Shown here piece by piece: positions 10,931 to 22,035 of a stretch of DNA of 64,000 nt (positions within the stretch are counted from its first letter, which is position 1; every line of letters begins with the position of its first letter). The stretch is from positions 192,001 through 256,000 of the forward strand of contig JBFWWG010000002.1 in assembly GCA_050246315.1 (NCBI GenBank), given 5' to 3'. The notes beneath the pieces were generated by a model. That model was not told the DNA's origin and did no database searches. It worked only from the letters and a program-made list of their open reading frames with translations. The stretch comes from Nitrospiraceae bacterium (GTDB lineage: Bacteria > Nitrospirota > Nitrospiria > Nitrospirales > Nitrospiraceae). The position numbers and the translations under genes are program-made.

Positions 10931-11224
10931 CTATTCTCCCTCCTCCATGTGCCGGTACCCGTACAGCCACCGGGCCGCGCCCCCGCCGACATTGCGCACC
11001 GTATGGGATTGATGCGCGGGAATGAAGAGTTCATCCCCTGAGGAAAGACGCCTCGTGTGTCCGCAGACTTCCACCTCGAGGTTCCCTTCCAAGACGAAGA
11101 TGAGTTCGTCGACGGAATGCACGTAATCCTCCCATACTTGCCCGGGAGGATCAACCCAAAGCCCGCAACTGAACCCCTGTTCCTTCCACTTTCGCTCGGT
11201 CGCCCGTCGATCTGGAACCGCCAT
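10931..11224 (-). CDS. Cupin domain protein
   Basis: H..DE..FVLEG..E and GDELFIPAHQSHTVRN cupin motifs. Confidence 0.8.
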   Translation of the reverse strand: MAVPDRRATERKWKEQGFSCGLWVDPPGQVWEDYVHSVDELIFVLEGNLEVEVCGHTRRLSSGDELFIPAHQSHTVRNVGGGAARWLYGYRHMEEGE

Positions 11225-11369
11225 AGACTTTACGCCAGTCAACCCGTCGGTGACGGGACTCGCTTTATATAGGGGAGACCGATCACGGTCAAGTTCAAGT
11301 CTGGGCAAAGCCGGCGACGTCACTGGTCGGTCACCAAGCACTGACTGCAATCACAGCCCCCCAAACCCC

Positions 11370-11774
11370 TCAGGGCTCCGGGGTCAGATTGGCAATGAAT
11401 TCGTTCCCCTCCTGGCTTCGTGCCCGGATCCTAAGAAGCCTGCGGTCTCCCGCGCGATACAAGGTTCCCCGGATCGTTCCCCGTTCGCCCTCGGCTCTCA
11501 GCCCTCCCTCGACCAGAGAGAATCTCCCGTCTCCCTTGAAGACCCCGATGGTGCGGTAGGTCACAAACCGATAGGCGCCGTCCGTCGTGATCACGACCTT
11601 GACCCAATCATCAACATTATCCGGAATTCGTTTCAGCACCCCTTGCCACTGCCCGCTGACGGCGTCCATACCGGTAATTGATTCGGCCTCCCATGGGATC
11701 TGTTGATGCTCCTCCGGTCCGCCCGCGCAAGACAACAGGCCCGTCAATGAGAACAATATCAGCCATCCGCTCAT
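11370..11774 (-). CDS. Hypothetical lipoprotein
   Basis: Hydrophobic N-terminus with LLSC lipobox; beta-rich body. Confidence 0.55.
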   Translation of the reverse strand: MSGWLILFSLTGLLSCAGGPEEHQQIPWEAESITGMDAVSGQWQGVLKRIPDNVDDWVKVVITTDGAYRFVTYRTIGVFKGDGRFSLVEGGLRAEGERGTIRGTLYRAGDRRLLRIRARSQEGNEFIANLTPEP

Positions 11775-11871
11775 TCCCAACCGATAGAAATGTCCGACCA
11801 CGAAACAACCCTTTCTTTGCGTCCCCACGGGGGTATAAATCGAACGAAAGCTCGGGTCGATCCTCATCGCG

Positions 11872-12753
11872 TCACCCTTCGCCACCGGTATCACCCTGCA
11901 AGGCGGTCGCCATCCAGCTTCCCGCCGGGATGGCCAGCAACGGACACGAGGCTCCGCGCAGCACCCTCTCCGTCTGGCTTCCGCGCAGGACGTCGAGAAA
12001 TCCGTTCCGCCCTTCGGTGGACATCACGATCAGGTCGGCCGTCCGCTCGCGCGCCGTCTGCAGAATGACATCCGTCACGTCGCCTTGCTTCGTCAGTCGT
12101 TCCCATTTCCACCCGGGCAGATCCGGCAGCGGAACATCCGGCCCCTGCCCCTCCTGTCCGATATGCAACAGGCCAAAGGTCCCTGTCTCGCACTTCAACC
12201 GGTGTGCAATCCGAGCGGCGGCTTGGACCGCCGGCAGCGGGTCTGGTCGTGCGTCGATCGGGATCAGGATGTGGCGGAGCGAGACCGCCCCGTCGGCTAG
12301 AGATACAAATCCTTTGACGCCATGAGGGATGAACAAAGTCATCAGTCTGGACTTGACCGCGACCGGCGTCGCGACCGATTTCTCCAGCCATTGCATCCGG
12401 CCCTTATTCTGATTGGTTGCGAGCACGAGCAAATCGGCGGCATGGTTGCTGAGATAGCCGACAACCGCCTCCACCGGATCGGTCTGGCGGGTGATCACTT
12501 TTTTCACATCGATGCCGAGCTTCGGGACGGCGTTCCTTGGACTATTCGGCGGCAACAGCCCCCACCGTTCAAGGGTCTCACGCACTCCTGGAAATCCCGA
12601 CCAATCCTGATCCGCTTTGCCGGTCACATGCATCATCGTCAGATCGGCCTTGGCGACCAAGGCCGCTTTGAGCGCATGGGCGAAGGCTGTTGCGCTCGCT
12701 TCACTGAAATCGGAGGGGTGAAATACATGCTGCAACAGCGGGGTGGATTTCAT
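11872..12753 (-). CDS. Universal stress protein (two USP domains)
   Basis: HPSDFSEAS, DLLVL, DLIVMSTEGRNG..GSQTERVLR..CPLL. Confidence 0.9.
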   Translation of the reverse strand: MKSTPLLQHVFHPSDFSEASATAFAHALKAALVAKADLTMMHVTGKADQDWSGFPGVRETLERWGLLPPNSPRNAVPKLGIDVKKVITRQTDPVEAVVGYLSNHAADLLVLATNQNKGRMQWLEKSVATPVAVKSRLMTLFIPHGVKGFVSLADGAVSLRHILIPIDARPDPLPAVQAAARIAHRLKCETGTFGLLHIGQEGQGPDVPLPDLPGWKWERLTKQGDVTDVILQTARERTADLIVMSTEGRNGFLDVLRGSQTERVLRGASCPLLAIPAGSWMATALQGDTGGEG

Positions 12754-12774
12754 ATGACGGCATTCCTTTCTTCC

Positions 12775-13386
12775 TCAGAGAATCTTGGTACTCTGCGCGC
12801 TGAGAATGAACTGTTGAATGCAGTTCCTCATCGCGGTCTTGATCATGACTTCGATCACACCTTCATCGTGACGAGCCTGACAGGCAAAATCCTGTTGAGT
12901 TCCGCCTTGTTTGGTCACGGTCAATGAGACGGTCACCTGAAACACTCTCAATTCCCGCAATGCAAATTCCTCCACGACGCCGGAGATGACCGATGTCTCT
13001 AGCGGCGCCGGTGTCCGTCCCGGCTCCTCCGGTTGATTCACCTGATACCCTGAATGGATCAGCTCTCGCTTCAGGGCGTCAGCAAACACGATGCCAATTT
13101 CGCGGGACAGGTAGATGCGGCCGATGCCCTCAGAGGGCACACCAACTTCTCTCGGTCTCACTGATCTCTGCGTCGCCGGTTGATAGATGAAGTCGCTCAC
13201 CTGGACGGATCCCTGCCCTTTGGCGTCGTTGGAAGGAATATAGTTGAGGGAAATGATCAGCGGGCAACCGGAGAGGAACAGGGCGAGGACCAACCAGATC
13301 CATCGCCCATACCGATTAGTCAGAGCTTGCGGCATCACCGAACGATACGATCGTCCCAACGCCAAGAGACCATTCCTAACATCCAT
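12775..13386 (-). CDS. Hypothetical lipoprotein
   Basis: WIWLVLALFLSGC lipobox; start uncertain. Confidence 0.55.
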   Translation of the reverse strand: MDVRNGLLALGRSYRSVMPQALTNRYGRWIWLVLALFLSGCPLIISLNYIPSNDAKGQGSVQVSDFIYQPATQRSVRPREVGVPSEGIGRIYLSREIGIVFADALKRELIHSGYQVNQPEEPGRTPAPLETSVISGVVEEFALRELRVFQVTVSLTVTKQGGTQQDFACQARHDEGVIEVMIKTAMRNCIQQFILSAQSTKIL

Positions 13387-13593
13387 TGTATTCGACGGAA
13401 CCAGAGGGGCCTCCCGCCTGCCGGAGGCGCGCCGCCAGCACCGAATCCCTCATGGAACCACGACTTTGTCAAATGAGGTGCGCAACGCTATCAACGGCGA
13501 GGGATTGAGTCAAGGCCGAAGCTTTCACCGAGGATGCCTCGCCCAAATGCAGATCGACAATGACTGACAGACGTTTGTGCCTGCCCTACACGT

Positions 13594-14157
13594 TCACTTC
13601 TTCGGCGGGGGGAATTTCTCGAACATCTTCTCGGCCCCCTCACGGATCTGGGCTTCGTTCTCAGCGGGATCTTCCAGCACCGTGTCGCTGCCGCGCCCGC
13701 GCCAGATCATACGCTTGTCCTTGGCATCGTACATGTCCACGACCACAGTGCCGATGGTGACTGTGGTGGGACTGGTCGTCGAGGTTGAGACGCCGCCGCC
13801 CCACCCATAGCCGCCCCGATACCAGCCGTAGCCCGGACCCCATGCCGGCCCGTAGCCATAACCGAATGAGGTCGTGTTGTAATGCACCTCCTCGCCGGTA
13901 GCGGCATGATAGCTCACCAGCATATCCGGATTGGCGTCCACTTTTTGATAGCCCTTGCTCGTAAGTTGTTCGTCAATAGCCGCGACAATCCGGGCATCGA
14001 CGAATGGGCTCTTGGCGGGAGTGCCCTTGCCCCATGCATAGGTGTGATAGCTTGTGAAGTCCGTATTCTTATCGAAATCGACGACGATCTTCGGCGTACA
14101 CGAAGCAAGGACCACGCTCAGTAAGAGCGCCCCCCAAACTTTCGCGTCGACGATCAT
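13594..14157 (-). CDS. DUF4136 family lipoprotein
   Basis: LASC lipobox, DFTSYHTYAW, Gly/Tyr/Trp-rich loop, GTVVVDMYDAK..MIWRG; GGAG SD before ATG 14157. Confidence 0.8.
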   Translation of the reverse strand: MIVDAKVWGALLLSVVLASCTPKIVVDFDKNTDFTSYHTYAWGKGTPAKSPFVDARIVAAIDEQLTSKGYQKVDANPDMLVSYHAATGEEVHYNTTSFGYGYGPAWGPGYGWYRGGYGWGGGVSTSTTSPTTVTIGTVVVDMYDAKDKRMIWRGRGSDTVLEDPAENEAQIREGAEKMFEKFPPPKK

Positions 14158-14429
14158 GAATGTCTCCAGCAATCGAGTCAGGATTCCCCCGTTACGCCGA
14201 TCGCGGTTCCGACCAAACGTCCCACTCGCACGGTAGGTCGCTGGTATTGTAGACGAATCGAGAGCGAATGTTCATGGGGAGGAGGATGAATATGTCCATG
14301 TTGTCATTCGTTGAGTATTTGCACCTGGACGAGACGTGCATGGAGAGCCGATTCGGTTGCGATAAACGTTGGCACAATGCTAGTATCGCGCCCCTCTGGC
14401 GGTTGTAAGACATCCGGGAGGGATCGCTT

Positions 14430-15116
14430 ATGTTTTCGCGCCGTATGGTTCTCGTCATCCTGGTCGTCGCTCAGTGCGTACTCTCATGGTCTCCAGTCTC
14501 GGCCCAAACGGCGGAAAACTATCGCAAGGGTCGATGGGAATTTATGATCGCGCCGCAATATACGCTCTCGAGGAACATTGGATTCCAAGGCGGAACGAAC
14601 GTCAAGATTGAAGACAATTGGGGATTCGGCCTCCAGTTCGGCTACAACTTCAATGAGCACATCAACCTCGGCGGCTTGTTCTCCTGGAGCCGTCCCGATT
14701 ACCAGGGAACCGTCCAGGCAGCGCCGGGCGTTCCGATCGCGACAGGTCCTCGATCGACGAGCGGAACGATCGAAACTACCACCTTTGGCATGATTCTGAC
14801 CTATAACATTTTGGCCCGTCCGTTGACGCCATACCTCGACGCGATGGTGGCGGGAACTTACGTCAACACCGACATCGCAGCCGGTCCGCCTGTCTCCGGC
14901 TGTTTCTGGGATCCTTGGTTCGGCTATATCTGCGGGACAACACAGCCGACCAAATACGATACCTACCTGGCCTACGGATTCGGCGGCGGCCTTCGATGGG
15001 ACGTCAATCGCTCGTTCTTTCTCCGAGGTGGGTTCAGGCAACAATTCGTCGACGTGGCCAACACCGGCACCCCGAGCTTCACGCTCTTCAAACTGGATCT
15101 CGGCGTTAAATTCTGA
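14430..15116 (+). CDS. Outer-membrane beta-barrel protein
   Basis: Signal peptide, alternating beta strands, C-terminal LGVKF. Confidence 0.8.
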   Translation: MFSRRMVLVILVVAQCVLSWSPVSAQTAENYRKGRWEFMIAPQYTLSRNIGFQGGTNVKIEDNWGFGLQFGYNFNEHINLGGLFSWSRPDYQGTVQAAPGVPIATGPRSTSGTIETTTFGMILTYNILARPLTPYLDAMVAGTYVNTDIAAGPPVSGCFWDPWFGYICGTTQPTKYDTYLAYGFGGGLRWDVNRSFFLRGGFRQQFVDVANTGTPSFTLFKLDLGVKF

Positions 15117-15635
15117 TCGGCATCGAGAAGCTCTGAGAAGGGAGCGGAAGGGCCGAGCCGACAATATCCGCACCTTCTTTCCGAACCGCACGAACGTCTC
15201 CTCAGCAAACCCTATCAGGCTGTTAAACACTCTTCGCGTACCCGTGAAGGCCCGCACGGCGAGAGATCACGGATGAGCTCAGAGCCTCCTGCAAGATGGT
15301 CATAATGTCCGTCCTTCTCACCCGCCCACCCTATGATTGCTCCGCAATCGATCGCCCGGGACGCCCTTGCCACAAGCCGGCCTCGCGACACGAGGAGGCA
15401 AAGAGATCCACACCGCCTTTGCTGTGAACCATCGACTCATCGGGCGATGCCCATCTATTGACGGTGGTGGAGAACTTCCTTCAGGGTTGAGTCTCTTCGC
15501 GTCAGACCCATCGCACCAAGAATGAACAGCATTGAGCGCCCCGACAAAGCTGGCGGACTTTTTCGACATCCTGCTAAGGTACCGTGGCGGGTTGAGATCC
15601 CGCCACGGCAGGGTTCCGGAGCGAAGAGCAGGTCG

Positions 15636-18600
15636 TTACGAACACCCGCTGGTGGCGCCGCAATTGTCACACTTCAAACAGGTGCCGTTGCGCACCATCT
15701 TGAACTGCTTGCACTCCTGACAGGGGTCCCCCTCATAACCCTGTTGGCGGGCGATCTGCAAAGCGGTCAACGTCAGCGTTTCCCTTTTCAGCTCCACCTT
15801 ATGGGCTACGTTGCCATTGCCATGACTATGGGCGTGGCCCTGTCCGTTCCCACCATGATGACCGTTCCGCACCGGTAGATGCTCGGTGAGAATTGATGAT
15901 TTGGCCAGCGCCGTCATGTCCACTTCTTCCGCGACACATTCGGGGTCCTGCTCGTCCTTCTTCATCGAATCCATCCGCAGGTCCTCTTCCTGGACCTGGG
16001 CAAGGTCGGAGCGTTCGAGATACGTGACGGCGAGCTCGCGAAAAATGTAGTCGATGATCGACGTCGCCATCTTGATCCGGTCGTTCAGCTTCACCGGTCC
16101 GTTCGGCTCGAACCGCGTAAACACGAAGGCCTCCACGAATTCTTCCAACGGCACTCCATGTTGCAACCCCAAGGAAATTGCGATCGCGAAATTGTTCATC
16201 AAGCTGCGGAAGGCGGCTCCCTCCTTGTGCATGTCGAGGAAAATCTCTCCCAACGTGCCGTCGCTATACTCACCGGTGCGTAGGTACAGCTTGTGCCCGC
16301 CGATAATGGCCTTCTGCGTATAGCCGCTGCGGCGCGCCGGCAACGGCCGCCGCTTGGCCAGATACCGGACCAGCACGCGCTCTGCCGCCTTCTCCGCCAC
16401 CGTCATGACGGTCGGCATTGCCTCCACCGCCTTTCCACTGTCCGATGAGGCATTCAAGGGTTGGCTCAGCTTCGACCCGTCGCGGTAGAGGGCTACGGCC
16501 TTGACCATGCTCTTCCATGCAAGAAGATACGCGGCCTTGACGTCTTCCAATGTGGCGTCGGCCGGCATGTTGATCGTCTTGCTGATCGCCCCGCTGATGA
16601 ACGGTTGTGCGGCTGCCATCATGCGGATGTGGGCATCGACCGCAATATATCGTTGACCGAGGCGACCGCAGCGATTTGCGCAATCAAAGATCGGCAAATG
16701 TTCCGGCTTGAGATGCGGGGCCCCTTCGATCGTCATGGTGCCGCAGCAAAAGTCGTTCGCGGCGACCACATCCTCTTGGGTAAAACCCAGCGCCTTTAAC
16801 ATATTGAAGGTCGGGTCCGCCATTTGGGCCTCGGTAAGCCCCAGTTTCTCCCGGCAGAATTCCTCGCCGAGCGTGAACTTGTTGAACGCGAACTGGATCT
16901 CGAAGGCCTGGCCCAGCGAACTTTCCAATCGCTCCAGCGCCGCGTCGTCGAATCCCTTCTGCCGTAAGGTCTCATGATTGACGCACGGCGAGCCTTTGAG
17001 AGTTTGCCGGCCGACACAGTAGGAGACGATGTCCTGGATCTGAGCCTCGCCATAGCCCAGCACGGCAAGTGCCGGGGGCAGGCTTTGATTGATGATCTTG
17101 AAGTAGCCGCCGCCCGCCAATTTCTTGAACTTCACCAAGGCGAAATCCGGCTCGATACCGGTCGTATCACAATCCATAACCAGCCCGATCGTCCCGGTCG
17201 GCGCAATGACCGTCACCTGCGCATTCCGAAACCCGTAGGCCGTCCCTAACTCCAGCGCTCGGTCCCAGGCGCGGCGGGCCGCCAATAGAATTTCCGGTGG
17301 ACAGTGCTCCGCTTGAATCGCTATCGGCTTGATCGTCAAGCCTTCATATTCACCAGCCGGAGCGCCATAGGCGGCACGGCGATGATTGCGGATCACTTGC
17401 AGCATTGGCTCCCGGTTTCGTTCATAGCCGAGAAAAGGCGACAACTCTGCCGCCATTTCTGCGGACGTCGCGTAGGATTCGCCGGTCATGATCGCCGTAA
17501 TCGCGCCGCAAATCGCCAGGGCCTTTGGCGAATCATATGGAATGCCCTGTCGCATCAGGATGGTCCCGAGGTTCGCGTACCCGAGCCCGAGGGTCCGGAA
17601 CTCATAGCTCTTTTGAGCGATGGCTCGGCTGGGAAACGAGGCCATCAGCACGCTGATCTCCAGCGTGATCGTCCAGAGTCGCACGGCATGCCGGAAGGAT
17701 TCCAAATCGAATTCTCCATCGGCATTGTAGAACCTGGCCAAGTTGAGCGACGCCAGGTTACAGGCCGTGTCGTCGAGGAACATATATTCCGAACAGGGAT
17801 TGGAGGCATTGATACGCCCATCTCCGGGACAGGTATGCCACTCGTTGATGGTCGTGTCGTATTGTGTCCCGGGATCGGCACAGATCCAGGCCGCCCAGGC
17901 GATCTTGTCCCAAAGATCTCGCGCCTTGACCGTCCTGCTGACTTTGCCGTCGATTCGGCGCCGCAGTTCCCACTCGCCGTCCCGCTCCAGGACTTCGAAG
18001 AACCCGTTCGGGATCCGCACACTGTTGTTGGAATTCTGACCGGACACGGTCTGGTAGGCCTTCCCGTCCCAGTTGGTGTCGTATTCGTAAAATACGAAAT
18101 GCGTGTAGCCCTGCTTGGCATAATCGAACATGCGCTGAATGTAGGCTTCCGGAACCGCATCCCGTCTGGCCGCAGATACCGCATCGCGCAAAACCGTATT
18201 TCTATTGATGTCGAGTTCGATCTGACCAAGCGATTCGCCGTCGGCCACGATGCAGGCCTTCAAGACGCTGTTCAAGCGCTGGGCGCAGATCTTCGAGCCG
18301 GTTACCATCGCGGCAACCTTCTGTTCTTCGACGACCTTCCAATCAATGAACTCTTCGATATCGGGATGATCGAGATCGAGACAGACCATCTTGGCCGCCC
18401 GCCTGGTTGTCCCGCCCGATTTGATCGCCCCCGCCGCACGGTCACCGATCTTCAGAAACGACATGAGCCCGGAGGACCGGCCGCCGCCGGACAAAGGCTC
18501 CCCATCGCCGCGCAACCGGGAGAAGTTCGTCCCGGTCCCCGACCCATATTTGAAGAGGCGCGCCTCGCGGACCCACAGATCCATGATGCCGTTCTCATTG

Positions 18601-19178
18601 ACCAGATCGTCCTCGATGGATTGGATAAAGCAAGCATGCGGTTGGGGGTGCTCGAACGCATTGCTCGCCCTGACCACTTCCCCGACCGCAGGATCGAAAT
18701 AATAGTGGCCCTGCGCCGGCCCCGTCAGGCCATAGGCATAGTGCAGTCCCGTATTGAACCACTGCGGCGAATTGGGCGCTGCCATCTGGCAAGCCAGCAT
18801 GTAGCACATCTCGTCATGGAAGGCGGTCGCATCTTCAGCCGTCTTGAAATACCCGTGGTTCTTTCCCCAATGGGTCCAACAACCGGCCAGCCGCTCGAAC
18901 ACTTGCCGCGCATCCCGTTCGCCTCCAAGCACCGGCTTCCCGTCGGCACCGATCATTGGCTGACCTTCGGCATCCATCAGGGGAACTCCAGCCTTTCTGA
19001 AGTATTTCTGAGCCAGGATATCCACGGCTAACTGTGACCAGGAATTCGGCACATCGATGCTGTCCAGTTTGAAGACTGTAGATCCGTCCGGATTCCGGAT
19101 TTCTGATGACCGTTTCACGAACGTGAGGCCCTCATAGGGGCTGTGGCCGCGCTTTGTGAATCGTCGTTCAATTCTCAC
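15636..19178 (-). CDS. nrdJ: Class II (adenosylcobalamin-dependent) ribonucleotide reductase
   Basis: [35 protein letters not shown] motifs; C-terminal Cys zinc-ribbon. Probable GTG start at 19178 after AAGGAGG (ORF extends to 19199). Confidence 0.95.
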   Translation of the reverse strand: MRIERRFTKRGHSPYEGLTFVKRSSEIRNPDGSTVFKLDSIDVPNSWSQLAVDILAQKYFRKAGVPLMDAEGQPMIGADGKPVLGGERDARQVFERLAGCWTHWGKNHGYFKTAEDATAFHDEMCYMLACQMAAPNSPQWFNTGLHYAYGLTGPAQGHYYFDPAVGEVVRASNAFEHPQPHACFIQSIEDDLVNENGIMDLWVREARLFKYGSGTGTNFSRLRGDGEPLSGGGRSSGLMSFLKIGDRAAGAIKSGGTTRRAAKMVCLDLDHPDIEEFIDWKVVEEQKVAAMVTGSKICAQRLNSVLKACIVADGESLGQIELDINRNTVLRDAVSAARRDAVPEAYIQRMFDYAKQGYTHFVFYEYDTNWDGKAYQTVSGQNSNNSVRIPNGFFEVLERDGEWELRRRIDGKVSRTVKARDLWDKIAWAAWICADPGTQYDTTINEWHTCPGDGRINASNPCSEYMFLDDTACNLASLNLARFYNADGEFDLESFRHAVRLWTITLEISVLMASFPSRAIAQKSYEFRTLGLGYANLGTILMRQGIPYDSPKALAICGAITAIMTGESYATSAEMAAELSPFLGYERNREPMLQVIRNHRRAAYGAPAGEYEGLTIKPIAIQAEHCPPEILLAARRAWDRALELGTAYGFRNAQVTVIAPTGTIGLVMDCDTTGIEPDFALVKFKKLAGGGYFKIINQSLPPALAVLGYGEAQIQDIVSYCVGRQTLKGSPCVNHETLRQKGFDDAALERLESSLGQAFEIQFAFNKFTLGEEFCREKLGLTEAQMADPTFNMLKALGFTQEDVVAANDFCCGTMTIEGAPHLKPEHLPIFDCANRCGRLGQRYIAVDAHIRMMAAAQPFISGAISKTINMPADATLEDVKAAYLLAWKSMVKAVALYRDGSKLSQPLNASSDSGKAVEAMPTVMTVAEKAAERVLVRYLAKRRPLPARRSGYTQKAIIGGHKLYLRTGEYSDGTLGEIFLDMHKEGAAFRSLMNNFAIAISLGLQHGVPLEEFVEAFVFTRFEPNGPVKLNDRIKMATSIIDYIFRELAVTYLERSDLAQVQEEDLRMDSMKKDEQDPECVAEEVDMTALAKSSILTEHLPVRNGHHGGNGQGHAHSHGNGNVAHKVELKRETLTLTALQIARQQGYEGDPCQECKQFKMVRNGTCLKCDNCGATSGCS

Positions 19179-19297
19179 GACTCCCTCCTTGGAGGTCACC
19201 GAGTGGATGGATGGTGGCTGGGCTGAACTGTCAGATACCAGGCTGCCGCAAACAGGAGGTCAGAAACGAGCTGTCACTGTCTGAGATATTCAAACGC

Positions 19298-19345
19298 CAT
19301 CTACATATAGTGATCTCGATTTTTTGTCAACACTAAATGTTGTGG
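19298..19345. promoter_or_regulatory. Tandem NrdR boxes overlapping the nrdJ promoter
   Basis: CATCTACATATAGTGA (19298-19313) and ACACTAAATGTTGTGG (19330-19345) match acaCwAtATaTwGtg, starts 32 bp apart; minus-strand TTGACA at 19330-19325. Confidence 0.8.
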
Positions 19346-19744
19346 ATTCATGTGGATTCCAGGGAAATCCTGTGAATAGCGCTGAAGGCACTCTAGGCAA
19401 GCATTCCATGACTTTTTTTGGAGGTTATCCCCAGGGGCATGGAGAGAACATGGGACCTTTCCCTATCGGCAAAGGCCATATTTCCATCTTGCCTAGGGAG
19501 ACTGTTCCCTAAGAGAGCAGGGGTACGGGCTCGTCTGAGGGGCTACTCTGACAGGGTCGGTGAGAGCCGACAAATTATGCTGCGGAAGAGACACGCCTGT
19601 CATCATATGCCATATGCCGTGGACAGCGTTTGACAATCCAAGAGCCGCTCAGTAGCCTACCTCCCTCGCGATCCTGGGCTGTGGTCAATGCAACAGCCTG
19701 CCCTGCCCTTTCGTAGTCGCCCTGACAATCAAGAGGAGGTCTTC

Positions 19745-20038
19745 ATGTACGTGTGGAGTAAGAATTTGATCATGGCATTGCTTGGGATCTTCCTCCTGTT
19801 GCTTGGCCTCTTTTTGCTGGAAGGGTCCGAAGGGGCGAGTAGCGGTTTGAAAGTTCATACGACCCAGTGGATGTCGTTGAACTATATCGGGCTCGTGATC
19901 TGGCTCTTTGTCTGGATGATCGATCAGGCCCGTGTGCGGGGAAAGAACGTGTGGCTGTGGCTGATTCCTTTCCTTCTTGCTCCGTTGCCGACATTAATGG
20001 TGTTCGTGCTGTTTCTCCAGCGTCGGGTGAAGGCCTGA
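19745..20038 (+). CDS. Small hypothetical membrane protein (about 3 TM)
   Basis: GAGGAGG SD, hydrophobic 97-aa ORF; TTGACA-N17-TAGCCT upstream at 19630-19658. Confidence 0.65.
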   Translation: MYVWSKNLIMALLGIFLLLLGLFLLEGSEGASSGLKVHTTQWMSLNYIGLVIWLFVWMIDQARVRGKNVWLWLIPFLLAPLPTLMVFVLFLQRRVKA

Positions 20039-20054
20039 CGGCAGGTTTGTCGTT

Positions 20055-21302
20055 TCATTCCGTACGGGACGCCCCGGTCCCCATTCCCTCATAGCGAGTC
20101 AAATTTTCCCGCAGGTGCCAGAGCAATAGGAGTCCGGGCAAAGAGGCAATGAAGGTGACGACGAAATAGGGAGCCCAGCCGATCGTCTCGACCAGGTGCG
20201 CAGAAGGACGTCCCAGCAGGACCCGCCCCAGCGCCTCAACCGACGATAGCAAGGCGAACTGGGTCGCCGTGTATTTGTGGTGGCAGAGTGCCATCACTAA
20301 CGCCACGAAGGCCGAGGTACCCATGCCGCCGGAGAGATTTTCGCAAGCGATCGCGAAGACCAGCAGCGGGTAGCTCTTTCCTCCCCAGGCCAACAGAACA
20401 AACGCCAGGTTCGAGACAGCCTGAAGCAGACCGAAGGCAAGCAGGGCTCGCACAAGCCCCAAGCGTGTCATGGCAAGGCCGCCGATCAGGGCACCCGCCA
20501 ATGTCAGCCCCAAACCCAGCCCCTTCATGATGCCGACATCGGTGGCGGTGAATCCAACGCCCTTGATGAGAAACGCCGTGAGTAATGTCCCGGCAAAGGC
20601 ATCGCCCAGCTTGTAAAGCGCGACCAGACCCAGGAGAGTCCCTGCCCCCGCCCGTGAGAAAAATTCATCCAAAGGTCCGAGCACGGCCTCCCGCAACGAT
20701 GAGGGAGCCTGTTGAGCCGAGTTCGGTTCCTCGGCTATCCCGATGGCCCAGAGTCCGACCAGCATGACAAACGCCATCGTCGCGTAGGTCGCAGACCATC
20801 CGATCCGATCGGCCATCACCAGTGCGAGCGATCCCGCGACCAGCAATGCTAGTCGGTAACCGTTGACCCAAACGGCCGCGCCGAGCCCCCGTTCGAGCGG
20901 CCGAAGTGTTTCGGTGCGATAGGCATCGAAGACAATGTCTTGGGAGGCAGAGATGAACGCGACCGACAGAGCCACGATGCCCAGCAACCAAGGCCATTGA
21001 GAAGGATCGATCAGCGCCATGGTCAGGACGCCGGCCATCAAGGAAGCCTGCGTCAGCACCATCCATCCCCTCCGTCGTCCCATCCAGGGTGGGACATAGC
21101 GGTCCATCAATGGGGCCCAAAGAAATTTCAGCGTATAGGGCAGCCCGACCAGGGTAAACACGCCTATGGTGCGGAGATCGACTCCCGCGACGGTCAACCA
21201 AGCCTGAAGGGTCCCGGAGGTCAGAGCGAGCGGGAGCCCTGAGGCAAACCCCAACGGGAGCATCAGCCCTATACGACGATTCGCCAGTTCGCTGATTCGC
21301 AT
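20055..21302 (-). CDS. ampG: AmpG-family muropeptide MFS transporter
   Basis: LGFASGLP, KFLWAPLMD, GRRRGW, SASQDIVFDAYR, ATQFALLSS. Confidence 0.9.
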   Translation of the reverse strand: MRISELANRRIGLMLPLGFASGLPLALTSGTLQAWLTVAGVDLRTIGVFTLVGLPYTLKFLWAPLMDRYVPPWMGRRRGWMVLTQASLMAGVLTMALIDPSQWPWLLGIVALSVAFISASQDIVFDAYRTETLRPLERGLGAAVWVNGYRLALLVAGSLALVMADRIGWSATYATMAFVMLVGLWAIGIAEEPNSAQQAPSSLREAVLGPLDEFFSRAGAGTLLGLVALYKLGDAFAGTLLTAFLIKGVGFTATDVGIMKGLGLGLTLAGALIGGLAMTRLGLVRALLAFGLLQAVSNLAFVLLAWGGKSYPLLVFAIACENLSGGMGTSAFVALVMALCHHKYTATQFALLSSVEALGRVLLGRPSAHLVETIGWAPYFVVTFIASLPGLLLLWHLRENLTRYEGMGTGASRTE

Positions 21303-21447
21303 GAAACCTGGATAGTCAGAGCACGCAGGCGAAGCGGAGGCAGGATAACATTCTCGGCCGAGAGCATGTACAAATTACAGGAAACGGGAGGCATGCCGGA
21401 AGGTTCTCGGCACGACGCTCGAAAACGGCCGGTGAACGTGGATGGGA

Positions 21448-21849
21448 TTAACAGGCTTGGCCGTTGAATACGCAGGGTTTGTAACGACTGCGATCAAACT
21501 CGACGCCTTCCTGATACACAAGCTCGTTGCCGTTGACCCCGTCTTGTTCAGGGTCATTCCACATGGTGTGGTTCCACCAATAGAACAGCGGGAAGGACTC
21601 GGTATTGTACACGGGGTTACCATAGTTGCTGCGGCTATAGTCCTTCACCATCCGGCCGGTAATGTAGTCCACCTCCCCGTCGCCCTTGAGGGAGTAGAGG
21701 ATGAGAAAGAGTCTCGCCTCGTGGTCATAGAGTTCATCGACCCGGGAACTCAATTCTGGTTCAGGCGGCAGGCTGCCGCTCGCCCATCCGAGTTGGTGCG
21801 GACCGGCGAGGGCCGCAGTCGCGACGATCAACCAACACCAGACTCTCAT
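21448..21849 (-). CDS. Hypothetical secreted protein
   Basis: GGAGGAG SD before ATG 21849, signal peptide, DxxGDGxVDY-like motif. Confidence 0.6.
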   Translation of the reverse strand: MRVWCWLIVATAALAGPHQLGWASGSLPPEPELSSRVDELYDHEARLFLILYSLKGDGEVDYITGRMVKDYSRSNYGNPVYNTESFPLFYWWNHTMWNDPEQDGVNGNELVYQEGVEFDRSRYKPCVFNGQAC

Positions 21850-22035
21850 GAGAATCGCTCCTCCAAGTGTCGGGCGGACCGGCCAAATCAGCCACATCGT
21901 ATCATGGGTCCTCAACCTGTTCAACGCAACCGGGGAACTACCCGAGTCGATCGGGATCCAGGATCGAAATTGACACGCTCTACTCCATGCCCCGGCTTGT
22001 AGACCGTGGAGTGCTTCCTTATAATCCCTCCTCCC

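Noticed and set aside
14370..14386. Sigma54-like TGGCACAATGCTAGT upstream of the beta-barrel gene
   Set aside because: The -12 position is GT rather than GC.
15270..15600. Possible ncRNA or REP remnant between the beta-barrel gene and nrdJ
   Set aside because: It looks like dispersed-repeat debris (e.g. AAGCTGGCGGACTTTTTCGACATCCTGCTA), but no second copy or boundaries can be shown within the window.
17304..19031. 575-aa plus-strand ORF and similar long antisense ORFs (8290-9126, 6786-7679, 59713-60711, 38931-39800)
   Set aside because: They are shadows opposite well-supported genes in high-GC DNA and carry no motifs.
15636..19600. Intein in NrdJ or cobalamin riboswitch upstream
   Set aside because: The catalytic motifs are contiguous, with no splice-junction motifs, and no B12-box was recognised by eye.
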